Assembly: GCA_033551855.1 (NCBI GenBank)
Contig: JAWSUI010000049.1
Coordinates: 1 to 26,799, forward strand
From: Deferrisomatales bacterium
Lineage (GTDB): Bacteria > Desulfobacterota > Deferrisomatia > Deferrisomatales > JACRMM01
Length of the DNA stretch: 26,799 nt
Direction: 5' to 3'
The position numbers and the translations under genes were made by a program. Numbering within the stretch: position 1 is the first letter of the stretch; each line of letters begins with the position of its first letter. This document shows, piece by piece, positions 1-7,996 of the stretch. Under the pieces are notes generated by a model. The model had not been told where the DNA came from, did not search any database, and saw only the letters and a program-made list of their open reading frames with translations.

Positions 1-67
1 ATCAAGACCAGCGCGCCTCCGGCCTCAGGTCATGCGACAAATAGGGAATGCACCCGGAAGAGGGCCC

Positions 68-148
68 AAAGAATTCCTCCGCGTCCCCGCGGCTCTGCGC
101 GAGATCGCTCTTGCCCTTGATTGCCCCGCCGAGTTTCCGGAAGGGCCC
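68..148 (-). repeat. Dispersed ~90-120 bp repeat, copy A (GGGCCCTTCCGGAAAC...GATCTCGCGCAGAG family)
   Basis: Reverse complement gggcccttccggaaactcggcggggcaatcaagggcaagagcgatctcgcgcagagccgcggggacgcggaggaattcttt aligns by eye with 8655-8773 and 25831-25923. Confidence 0.9.
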
Positions 149-161
149 ATCACCTACCCGG

Positions 162-290
162 TCATCGGAGCAGGCCGGAGATCCCGATCAAGATCAAATA
201 GATGGCGACGATGAAGTTCAGGAGTCTTGGCACAATCAGGATCAGGATGCCTGCAATGATCGAAAAGATTGGTTCGATGTGAAAGTTCAT
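162..290 (-). CDS. DUF3096-like small membrane protein (42 aa)
   Basis: Not in the ORF track. Manual translation MNFHIEPIFSIIAGILILIVPRLLNFIVAIYLILIGISGLLR*; AGGAG RBS upstream. The IAGILIL.PRLLN.IVAIYLI..G pattern matches DUF3096 as I recall it. Confidence 0.85.
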   Translation of the reverse strand: MNFHIEPIFSIIAGILILIVPRLLNFIVAIYLILIGISGLLR

Positions 291-313
291 GGCCAATGGC
301 TCTCCTGACCAAA

Positions 314-577
314 CTACTTGACGGCTTCCTCGGCCTCGTCTTTCAATTCGTCCGTCTTTTCTCCTGCTTCTTCGATGAGCTCGTCGATTTCCTCGCCGGC
401 TTTCTCCGCAGGACCCTCTTGATCTACCGTCTCTTCGACGGTCTCCTTTGCTTCTTCAGTCGCCTGGTCGATTGTTTCGCCGGCCTGTTGTGCCGGCCCC
501 TTTTCTTGGCAGGCGGGGAGCAGGAGGCTCAGGGCGACGACCGCTACGATGCTCGAGAGGTGAATCTGCGCTTTCAT
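314..577 (-). CDS. Small acidic lipoprotein (87 aa)
   Basis: Start moved to ATG 577 (AAGGAG RBS). Signal peptide with lipobox LLPA-C, followed by a twice-repeated GPA(Q/E)(Q/K)AGE(T/E)ID helical motif. Confidence 0.85.
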   Translation of the reverse strand: MKAQIHLSSIVAVVALSLLLPACQEKGPAQQAGETIDQATEEAKETVEETVDQEGPAEKAGEEIDELIEEAGEKTDELKDEAEEAVK

Positions 578-788
578 GGTCTTCTCCTTGTGATGGAGTA
601 TTCCCCCGTACAGGTTCGGTGGACGTGATCTTGGCCCGGCGCGTGACCCTCCTGGCGGATCGAGGCATCCAGCCCGAGCGCGAACTCTGCCGAAATCCCC
701 TGACGTGTCGCTCCACCTGCGTAGTGGGTTTCCCTGCCGACTTTCCAGGCGCTTCAGCCCGGGCGCCCGAATGCAACGAGGCATGAGG

Positions 789-1016
789 TCACTTCACCCA
801 TGTGTGCCGAGTCTTTTCGGCCTGCCCCGTCATCTCCCGAGCTTGACTCACGATCGACCGAACCTTCTTCGGGTTCATCCCGGTTATTCTCTCCAATCCC
901 TTTTCTTCTGCGCCAGCCACCTTTGCAATTGTGTCGTAGCTTGCCTCAATCAAGCGCCGAGACAAAACCTTCCCTATCCCTTGTATTTTCTGAAGCTCCT
1001 TCATTTGTTCCTTCAT
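789..1016 (-). CDS. Helix-hairpin-helix domain protein (75 aa)
   Basis: LQKIQGIGKVLSRRL and LERITGMNPKKVRSI are two HhH motifs; AGGAGG RBS precedes the ATG. Confidence 0.85.
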   Translation of the reverse strand: MKEQMKELQKIQGIGKVLSRRLIEASYDTIAKVAGAEEKGLERITGMNPKKVRSIVSQAREMTGQAEKTRHTWVK

Positions 1017-1075
1017 CGCCGCCTCCTATGGTCGCGACTTCCGTGTCCAAAACAACGCGTGAAGCGACATAGCAG

Positions 1076-1156
1076 TCATCTGGTTCAGTAGAAACCGCCG
1101 CCGCCGAATAACACAGCCAACACGACCATGGAAACAATTAGGGTTTGGTTGAACCT
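1076..1156 (-). pseudogene. Degenerate copy of the 28-aa GGGG microprotein gene
   Basis: Reads (AGG)FNQTLIVSMVVLAVLFGGGGFY*TR*, collinear with the intact 3909-3995 copy. Start ATG position is AGG; Trp and Arg codons are TGA. Confidence 0.75.
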
Positions 1157-1515
1157 CGTTTCCGACCACGTCGCTTGCGGCCATCCATCTTGTAGCAGAG
1201 TTCACTCCGCAGGGTTTCCCACCCACCCCGCCTCACACGAAGTCAGGAGGGGTGTTGAGCGTGGGTTGCGCCTGCTGCCGGCGTCGGAACCCATAGCACG
1301 GGATGGGAGGGCGTCAAGCGGGGTGAGGGAACCACCCCCCGCGTGAATTCATCCACCCGTCCCGTCCACGGCCACGATCAAGAACCGGTTCCAGAATGGT
1401 CACCGGCGCGACCGGCCCGGACAGGCATGCCGAGAACAGGGACGAAGACACCAGCTTTTCGTATCCCGTCGTTCGCCTCCCGATGGGGCAACCAGAGGGC
1501 CGCCGCCCGTGGCGG

Positions 1516-2376
1516 TTACTCTCGCAGCGCTGCCGCCTCGAAGGTATTGCATTCCTGGAGCACCCCTGACTGGATGCCGCGGCGGAACCACGCGACGCGC
1601 TGAGCAGAGCTGCCGTGGGTGAAGGAGTCCGGCGTCACGTAGCCCCGCCCCTGCTGTTGCAGGCGGTCATCGCCAATGGCGCTGGCGGCGTCGAGCGCTT
1701 CCTCGATATCGCCTTCTTCGAGGATCTGCCGGCTGCGTTGGGCGTGATGAGCCCACAAGCCGGCGAAACAATCGGCCTGCAATTCCTGCCTCACGGAGAG
1801 CTGATTGGCCTCGGACCGGCTGGCCCGGCTGCTGACGCGGTGCACCTCTTCCGAGATGCCGAGCAGGTTCTGCACGTGGTGGCCGACCTCGTGGGCGATG
1901 ACGTAGGCCTGAGCGAAATCCCCCGGCGCCTGGTGGCGCTCCTTCAGGTCGCGGTAGAACTGCAGGTCGATATAGACCTTCTGGTCCCCGGGGCAGTAGA
2001 ACGGCCCCATGGCCGCCTCGGCGAAGCCGCAGGCAGACTGCACGGCGCCGGAGAAGAGCACCAGGATGGGTTCCTGATAGGTCCCACCCATCCGGTGGAA
2101 CTGCTCGTGCCAGACGTCCTCGGTGTCGGCCAGCACGACCGAGACGAAATTCGCCAGGGGATCCTCTCCCGTCGGCGGCACCCCGGTGACCGGCCCCTCG
2201 TAGGTGGTGGGTTCGGATGCCCCCTGTTGGAGGATCACCCTCGGATCGACCCCGAAGTACAGGGCGACGAGGACCAGGATGACCGTGCCGATCCCGCCGA
2301 CCTTGGCCCCCCGGGCGACCTGCATCCCCCTCCGATCTTCGACATTGCCGCTCCGCCGTCCGTCCTTCCAGCGCAT
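1516..2376 (-). CDS. ypfJ: YpfJ-family neutral zinc metallopeptidase
   Basis: N-terminal MRW..RRS.NVEDRRG, GPFYCP.D.KVYIDL, HEVGHHVQ zinc motif, ELQADCFAG, PDSFTHGSS.QR. Confidence 0.95.
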   Translation of the reverse strand: MRWKDGRRSGNVEDRRGMQVARGAKVGGIGTVILVLVALYFGVDPRVILQQGASEPTTYEGPVTGVPPTGEDPLANFVSVVLADTEDVWHEQFHRMGGTYQEPILVLFSGAVQSACGFAEAAMGPFYCPGDQKVYIDLQFYRDLKERHQAPGDFAQAYVIAHEVGHHVQNLLGISEEVHRVSSRASRSEANQLSVRQELQADCFAGLWAHHAQRSRQILEEGDIEEALDAASAIGDDRLQQQGRGYVTPDSFTHGSSAQRVAWFRRGIQSGVLQECNTFEAAALRE

Positions 2377-2446
2377 GGGGCAACCTCACTTTCCCTCACG
2401 GGGGTTTGGGGCCCACCTGCTCGTTCCATCTCCCATGCCAAGGTCA

Positions 2447-2607
2447 GGGTCCGTCCAGAAATAAGTGGTCCAAAGAGCGGTGGCGAGGCGCCCGGCTGAC
2501 AAGGCGCGAGGAGGGCGCATACCCGCTGTGGTATGTAATCGACGAGCAACGCCGTCAGGCGGGATGCACCGACGCCGCAACTGAATCAGTTATTTCTGGA
2601 CGCGCCC
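2447..2607. mobile_element. MITE-like non-autonomous element (~160 bp)
   Basis: Terminal inverted repeats GGG(TC/CG)CGTCCAGAAATAA with a perfect 13-bp core at 2452-2464 / 2590-2602; flanks TCA and TTA; internal CATACC-N6-GGTATG hairpin; no coding capacity. Confidence 0.75.
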
Positions 2608-2636
2608 TTACCCTCGTTCAGCCCTTGCCGGACGAT

Positions 2637-3125
2637 TCAAGGCTTCGGCCAGGGCATGAGCGGTACCGTGCTGATGCTGTTCTTGGGGCTGCCTTCGATC
2701 ACCCGGTCGCTGTAGGCGACGTACACCAGCACGTTGTGCTCGGCATCGAAGAAACGAGTCACCTGAAGCTCCTTGAACAGCAGGCTGCGGCGCTCGTCGA
2801 AGACCTGCTCGCCGTCCTCTAGTTCGCCGAGAAAGCGGATGGGTCCGATCTGTCCGCAGGCGATGCTGGCGTTGCTGGTGTCCTCGGCGACACGCGCGGC
2901 CCCCTTGACCCCCCCGGTCTGCGCTCGGCTGATGTGGCAGACCACCCCCTCGACCTTTCGGTCAACGAACGCATCGACCACGATCTTGTCGTTGGGGCCC
3001 ACCCAGCGAAACCGGGTACTCACCTCCCCGGTCGTTCCCCGCTCCGGGCGGCTCATCACCCACCAGGCAAATCCCGACGCCAGTAACAGCAACAGGGCGC
3101 CGAGCACCAGTCCCACACGCTTCAT
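2637..3125 (-). CDS. creA: CreA family protein
   Basis: GEVST.FRW.GPNDKIVV.AF.D.KVEGV.CHISRA.TGG.KG, IAC.QIGPI, VF.ERRSL.FK, GSPKNSIS motifs; start moved to ATG 3125 (GGAGG RBS). Confidence 0.93.
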   Translation of the reverse strand: MKRVGLVLGALLLLLASGFAWWVMSRPERGTTGEVSTRFRWVGPNDKIVVDAFVDRKVEGVVCHISRAQTGGVKGAARVAEDTSNASIACGQIGPIRFLGELEDGEQVFDERRSLLFKELQVTRFFDAEHNVLVYVAYSDRVIEGSPKNSISTVPLMPWPKP

Positions 3126-3328
3126 GAAGTCGTCCTCCGCTTGGGGTCCGACACGGAACAACCGTGTCATTCTGAGTGCCGATGCATCCCGGCTGGCGGC
3201 GTTGCTCCTCCCTGCAATAGCTGGGCTGTTCCGGGTCGTCGCGCCTTGCCCGTCGGGCGCCTCGACGCCCATCTCTGAGACGGTTTTTCCGTGTCAGACC
3301 CTTACGACGAAAAGCCTCGAGCGACGAA

Positions 3329-3362
3329 AAGCCTCAAGGGGAAATGTCACCCCTTGAGGCTT
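3329..3362 (-). terminator. Perfect 13-bp hairpin, probable intrinsic terminator
   Basis: AAGCCTCAAGGGG-aaatgtca-CCCCTTGAGGCTT; on the minus strand the stem ends in TTTT. Confidence 0.6.
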
Positions 3363-3392
3363 CGTATCCGGATCTCTTGTCGCCGTTCCATA

Positions 3393-3569
3393 GCCATCTC
3401 CCACGACACCCGGGACGGCTGCTTCGGCGACTTCCGCCCCGGCGTGGGCGTGGGTCTCCCGTTCCTCCTCCCGGTGGGCCCGGCCCCCTCGACTTACCGC
3501 CGTGAACCCAAAACTCGGGACCGGGAAGACCGCCAGGTGCTCCACTTCAGCGTGGGGGTGGCCTTCTGA
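3393..3569 (+). pseudogene. Remnant C-terminus of an Omp85 (BamA/TamA) family beta-barrel protein
   Basis: FGDFRPGVGVGLPFLLPVGP...(LDY/AVNP in shifted frames)...EDRQVLHFSVGVAF* matches the G.GLR...P.GP.R.D...HFS.G..F end of Omp85 proteins; no upstream barrel or POTRA sequence. Confidence 0.7.
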
Positions 3570-3746
3570 GACCGGGGAACGGTGCCCGCCGATGGTGCGC
3601 ACCGGCGAGCTCTCCTTCACGAAGCACGCTTCTGAGCGCGAGCTCCTGCAGGAATTCGTGAGGTGTCACGCCGTCGTATTGGGCCTTCGTGCCCACTACC
3701 CGGTGGCTTCAGCCCGGGCGACCCATCCATCCAGTGAGGGACGAGG

Positions 3747-3859
3747 TCACTTCATCCATGTGTGCCGCGTCTTTTCGGCTTGCCCCCGTCATCTCCCGAG
3801 CTTGGCTCACGATCGACCGAACCTTCTTCGGGTTCATCCCGGTTATTCTCTCCCATCCC
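3747..3859 (-). pseudogene. 5'-truncated, frameshifted copy of the HhH gene
   Basis: 3743-3859 matches 785-900 with 5 substitutions and one extra G (ACGGGGG vs ACGGGG) by manual alignment; the 5' half and start codon are absent. Confidence 0.9.
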
Positions 3860-3908
3860 AGTAGCAGCCGCCGTCTTTCCGCGCCAAAATTTAAGTGTGG
3901 AGCGATGC

Positions 3909-3995
3909 CTACCTTCGTCGAGTCCAGTAGAAACCTCCACCGCCGAACACCAAAGCCAACACGACGATGAGAATGATCAGAGTTGTGGTATCCAT
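3909..3995 (-). CDS. 28-aa single-TM microprotein MDTTTLIILIVVLALVFGGGGFYWTRRR
   Basis: Not in the ORF track. Strong GGGAGG RBS 7 nt upstream; hydrophobic helix, then GGGG, aromatic residues and a basic tail; a degenerate paralog lies at 1076-1156. Confidence 0.8.
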   Translation of the reverse strand: MDTTTLIILIVVLALVFGGGGFYWTRRR

Positions 3996-4200
3996 TGTTC
4001 TTCCTCCCTTTCGGTCTTGTGAGCAGATGTCTTTGCATCTTTACCAGTCCACCAACCGAGCACTTTCCACGCCCTTCGCTGCGCCTTCGTCTTGGCTCGT
4101 CCAACTCCTCCCGCTTGCGCTTTCCGTTGTCGGCCAACTCGCCCGCAGCCATCGACCCTCCAACGGTCACAAACTCTCCGTTCTTCTGTCATGGAGTGTC

Positions 4201-4215
4201 GCAAGTAGCGTGCCG
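4201..4215 (-). promoter_or_regulatory. Sigma54 (-24/-12) promoter motif facing the small-protein cluster
   Basis: Minus strand CGGCACGCTACTTGC versus consensus TGGCACG-N4-TTGC; GG-N10-GC spacing is exact. Confidence 0.65.
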
Positions 4216-4329
4216 TCGGAGACCTGTGGATTCGGAGCGTGCAAGGTGCTGATTATAGGGGGTAAAGCGGGAAGAGAGGGGGCAGGGGCAGGGAAAGCCG
4301 TGTACGGAATCCGTCATATTTGACGAAAC

Positions 4330-4344
4330 TGGCACATATGACGC
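4330..4344 (+). promoter_or_regulatory. Possible divergent sigma54 promoter motif facing the mla operon
   Basis: TGGCACATATGACGC: perfect TGGCAC and GG-N10-GC spacing, but a weak -12 (ACGC). Confidence 0.35.
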
Positions 4345-4796
4345 GTGTGGGCGGCATGACGGCATGGGGTGGCGCGGGAGAACGCTGCCCTTCGGTGGCG
4401 ATCCACGCAGAATCACCACCACCGCGGGCCTGCCGTCTCTCCCGGGGCCCTGTCTCCCGCGCGTTGCCTTGACAGACGGGGGATCTCGGCAACTCTCTTC
4501 GAGACCGGTTGGGGCATCGGCCGGGCGGGCCGCGGTGGCCGCGCGGACGGATCCCTGCCGGAATCGGGCCCTTCCAGGGCGGTGGCAGGAAAGAGGGGCG
4601 GCGGATCGACCCCGGCACCGAAGACGCATCCACACTCGGGAGGCACTGCCGTCATGGCGAGACCTGGATCCGCCGCACCGGCGACCGCGGCCGACCCGTG
4701 GCCGAGGCCCGTTGTGCCCTTCTTCGGCGGTGCCACGGGCTTCCTTCTCTCGAGACGGGTTCCACCCGGGGCCCCCCGCCGTCCGGGAGCGAAGCC

Positions 4797-5930
4797 ATGA
4801 CGGACAGCGCCGGGCTGGGCATCGAAGCACCGGTCGAGTCCACGCTGCTCGTTCGGGTCTGGGGCCGCTGGACGCTCGACGGGGACCTTCCGAGCCTGGA
4901 GGGCTTCGAACGGGCGCTGACCGCGGCGACCGGGACCCGCCGGGTCGGCTTCGACGCACGGGGCCTCACGGATTGGGACTCCGTGTTCCCCACCTTTCTG
5001 GCCGGTCTCCTGAGAGTCTGCTCGAGGCACGAGGTTGCCGTGGACCTGAGCGGCCTGCCGGAGGGAGTGCGCCGGCTCCTCGCTCTTGCCCGGGCGGTGC
5101 CCGAGGGGGACGGCAGTCGCAGGGCCCCCCCGAGGATTCCCTTCCTCGCCCGCGTGGGGGAAGGGGCGGTCCGTTTCTGGCGGGAGGGGCGGGAGCTGCT
5201 CGCCTTCGCGGGGGAGCTGGTGCTCTCCGTTTCCCGGCTCGCCCGGGGAAGGGCCCGCTTCCAGCTCTCGGACCTGTTCCTCTTCGTGCAGCAGGCCGGC
5301 GCGAGCGCCTTGCCCATCGTGGGCCTGATCAGCGTTCTGGTGGGCGTCATCCTGGCTTTCGTCGGGGCCGCCCAACTCCGGGTCTTCGGGGCGCAGATGT
5401 TCGTGGCGGACCTGGTGGGCATCGGCATGGTCCGGGAGATGGGCGCCATGATGACCGCCGTCATCATGGCGGGGCGCACCGGCGCGGCGTATGCGGCCCA
5501 GCTCGGCACCATGGTGGTGAACGAGGAGGTGGACGCGCTCAGGACCTTCGGAATCGAGCCGATGGACGTCCTCGTGCTGCCCCGAATGATCGCAGTGGCC
5601 CTCATGCTCCCGCTGCTGTGCGTCTATGCCGACCTCATGGGGGTCGCCGGCGGAGCGATCGTGGCGGTCGGGAGCTTCGACGTCTCCATGGGGCAGTATG
5701 TCGAGCGGACAAGAGGGGCCCTGGAGCTTCGGCACTTCTGGGTTGGGATCGCGAAGAGCGCGATCTACGGCGTGGTCGTGGCCGCTTCGGGGTGCCTGCG
5801 CGGCCTCCGGTGCGGCCGCAGCGCCTCCGCCGTGGGCGATGCCACGACCTCGGCGGTGGTGACGGCCATCGTGTGGATCATCGTCTGGTGCGCCGTCACC
5901 ACGGTGATCTTTCACGTGCTGGGGATCTGA
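4797..5930 (+). CDS. mlaE: MlaE-family ABC permease with N-terminal STAS-like domain
   Basis: ALPIVGLIS.LVG.ILAF, REMGAMMTAVIMAGRTGAAYAAQLGTM.VNEEVDAL, VG.ATT.AVV; N-terminal FDARGL.DWDS STAS-like segment. Start ATG 4797 is a chosen start. Confidence 0.93.
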   Translation: MTDSAGLGIEAPVESTLLVRVWGRWTLDGDLPSLEGFERALTAATGTRRVGFDARGLTDWDSVFPTFLAGLLRVCSRHEVAVDLSGLPEGVRRLLALARAVPEGDGSRRAPPRIPFLARVGEGAVRFWREGRELLAFAGELVLSVSRLARGRARFQLSDLFLFVQQAGASALPIVGLISVLVGVILAFVGAAQLRVFGAQMFVADLVGIGMVREMGAMMTAVIMAGRTGAAYAAQLGTMVVNEEVDALRTFGIEPMDVLVLPRMIAVALMLPLLCVYADLMGVAGGAIVAVGSFDVSMGQYVERTRGALELRHFWVGIAKSAIYGVVVAASGCLRGLRCGRSASAVGDATTSAVVTAIVWIIVWCAVTTVIFHVLGI

Positions 5931-6053
5931 ACCGTTGTCGCCGAAACCCTTCGTGCCGCGGGGTGGGCGTCCGCCTCTCCCCTGGAGGGAGGAGGGAGCC
6001 GCAGCGGGTCCCGGGCGAAGGGGTCGCGCCGGGGGCGGAAGCCCCGGCCGAGG

Positions 6054-6860
6054 GTGAAGATGGTCTCGACCGCGATCCACCTCCAAGTCAGCGACCTCAC
6101 CCTGGCGTACGGCCCCCAGGTGATCCAGCAAGCGCTCACATTCTCGGTCCGCCGCGGGGAGGTCTTCGTCATCATGGGAGGGAGCGGCTGCGGCAAGAGC
6201 ACGCTGCTGCGAAGCCTGGTGGGACTCGTGCGCCCCGCCGGGGGGCGGGTCCTCTTCGACGGGGTCAGCCTGTGGGATGTCGAGCCGGACGAGCGAGTGC
6301 GGGTGATGAGGCGCTTCGGGGTCCTGTATCAAGGCGGCGCCCTCTGGAGCTCCATGACGTTGGCCGAGAACATCGCCCTGCCGCTCCGGCGCTACACGAG
6401 CCTCGCGCCCGCCCGGATCCGCGAGCTCGCGTCGTTCAAACTCTCCCTGGTGGGTCTCTCGGGCTTCGAGGAGTACTACCCGGCCGAGCTCAGCGGCGGC
6501 ATGCGGAAACGGGCGGGGCTGGCCCGGGCCATGGCCCTCGACCCGGAGATCCTCTTCTTCGACGAGCCGTCGGCCGGGCTGGACCCGGTGACCGCCCGGC
6601 ACATGGACGACCTGATCCTGGAGCTTCGCGACAGCCTCGGGGCGACCATCGTCGTGGTTACGCACGAACTGGTGAGCATCCTGGTCATCGGGGACGACAG
6701 CGTCTTCCTCGACGCCGAGACGAAGACGATGATCGCCCAGGGCAACCCGAGAAGTCTTCGGGCCGCGCCCGGCGACCCCAAGGTGCGGGAATTTCTGACC
6801 CGCGGCGAGGGGGGAAACCGCGCCGGACGACCAGGCCGGGAAGGGGAACGTGAGACATGA
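6054..6860 (+). CDS. mlaF: MlaF-family ABC ATP-binding protein
   Basis: Walker A GGSGCGKST, LSGGMRKRAGLARA, Walker B FFDEPSAGLDP, VTHEL; start could be GTG 6054 or ATG 6060. Confidence 0.95.
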   Translation: MKMVSTAIHLQVSDLTLAYGPQVIQQALTFSVRRGEVFVIMGGSGCGKSTLLRSLVGLVRPAGGRVLFDGVSLWDVEPDERVRVMRRFGVLYQGGALWSSMTLAENIALPLRRYTSLAPARIRELASFKLSLVGLSGFEEYYPAELSGGMRKRAGLARAMALDPEILFFDEPSAGLDPVTARHMDDLILELRDSLGATIVVVTHELVSILVIGDDSVFLDAETKTMIAQGNPRSLRAAPGDPKVREFLTRGEGGNRAGRPGREGERET

Positions 6861-7996
6861 GCAGGCAGGCGAGTCCCGCGGTGATCGGCGGTTTCGTCTT
6901 GGGCGCGGTCGTCCTGATCGTCGCTGCGATCGTGTGGTTCGGCGGGGGAAGGCTCCTCTCCCACCGGCACCAGGCCGTGCTCTTCTTCCCGGGTTCCGTG
7001 AGGGGGCTGAGCGTCGGCGCCCCGGTGCTCGCCGGCGGTGTCAAGGTCGGTGAAGTGGTCGACGTGAGGCTGCAGATGGACGTGGTCGATGTCTCGGTGC
7101 GGGCCCCGGTGATCATCGAGATCGACCCCCGGAAGATGGAGCTCGTCAGGGGGAGTCGCGACTTCCGGGCCGACCTCCGGCGCTGGGTCGAAGGGGGGGT
7201 GAGAGGCCAGCTCGCGATACAAAGCTTCGTGACGGGCCAGTTGATGGTGATGCTCGAGCTGCACCCCGGCACACCCGTCGAGCTGGTCGGGGCCCTCCCG
7301 GAGCTCCCCGAGATCCCGACGATTCCGACCCCCTTGGAGGAGCTCTCGCGGAGGATCGGGGACCTCCCCCTGGCGGAGATCGTGGAGGGGATCTCGAGCT
7401 CGCTGGACGGGATCTCCAACACGGTCAACTCGCCGCAGATCGCCGCGACGATCGCCGAGGCGCAGGAGAGCCTGGAGGAGATCAAGACCCTCGCCCGCGA
7501 CGTCCGGGAGGGCCTTCTGCCCCTGATGGCCAAGGCGGACCGGACCCTCGACGAGGCGAAGACCCTGGTGCGAAACCTCGACGCACGCGCCTCCTCGCTC
7601 TCGACGAGCGCGGAAGAGAGCCTGGCGGACGCGCGCACCCTCGTGCGGCGGGTCGATGGGCGGGTGGATCCGGTGCTGGCTGCGGTCGAGGGCGCGGCAG
7701 GGGGCGCAGGCCGGCTGTTCCGAAACTTCGACGAGGGGCTGGGGCCGGTCCTCGAGAGCCTGCGGGAAGCGGGTGCTGCGGCGACCGCCGCCCTGGTCAG
7801 GGCCGAGGGCGCCCTGGGGGCGCTCGAAGGCGCCGCGGGCGGAGACTCCCCCCTCGGGTACCAGATCTCGGGCGCCCTGCGGGAGGTCTCGGGAGCGGCC
7901 CGGTCCCTGCGCACCCTGACAGACGTCCTGGATCAGCACCCCGACGCCCTGTTGCGCGGGAAGACGCGCGGGGAGACCCAGGGGGGGACCCCGTGA
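6857..7996 (+). CDS. MlaD/MCE-domain protein (PqiB-related) with helical C-terminus
   Basis: N-terminal TM IGGFVLGAV, MCE motif SVRGLSVGAPV..GGVKVG.V, SFVTGQL, C-terminal HPDALLRGK; ATGA overlap with mlaF. Confidence 0.92.
   Translation: MSRQASPAVIGGFVLGAVVLIVAAIVWFGGGRLLSHRHQAVLFFPGSVRGLSVGAPVLAGGVKVGEVVDVRLQMDVVDVSVRAPVIIEIDPRKMELVRGSRDFRADLRRWVEGGVRGQLAIQSFVTGQLMVMLELHPGTPVELVGALPELPEIPTIPTPLEELSRRIGDLPLAEIVEGISSSLDGISNTVNSPQIAATIAEAQESLEEIKTLARDVREGLLPLMAKADRTLDEAKTLVRNLDARASSLSTSAEESLADARTLVRRVDGRVDPVLAAVEGAAGGAGRLFRNFDEGLGPVLESLREAGAAATAALVRAEGALGALEGAAGGDSPLGYQISGALREVSGAARSLRTLTDVLDQHPDALLRGKTRGETQGGTP

Noticed and set aside
1076..1087. In-frame TGA at a Trp position, suggesting TGA recoding or selenocysteine
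   Set aside because: TGA is the normal stop of many genes here, and this copy also lost its start codon and has a second TGA, so pseudogenisation is the simpler explanation.
3709..4170. 153-aa ORF containing ERITGMNPKKVRSIVSQAREMTG
   Set aside because: A chance read-through joining non-coding sequence, an off-frame microprotein gene and the HhH pseudogene fragment.
4469..4497. TTGACA upstream of mlaE as a sigma70 promoter
   Set aside because: No credible -10 hexamer at 16-18 bp spacing.
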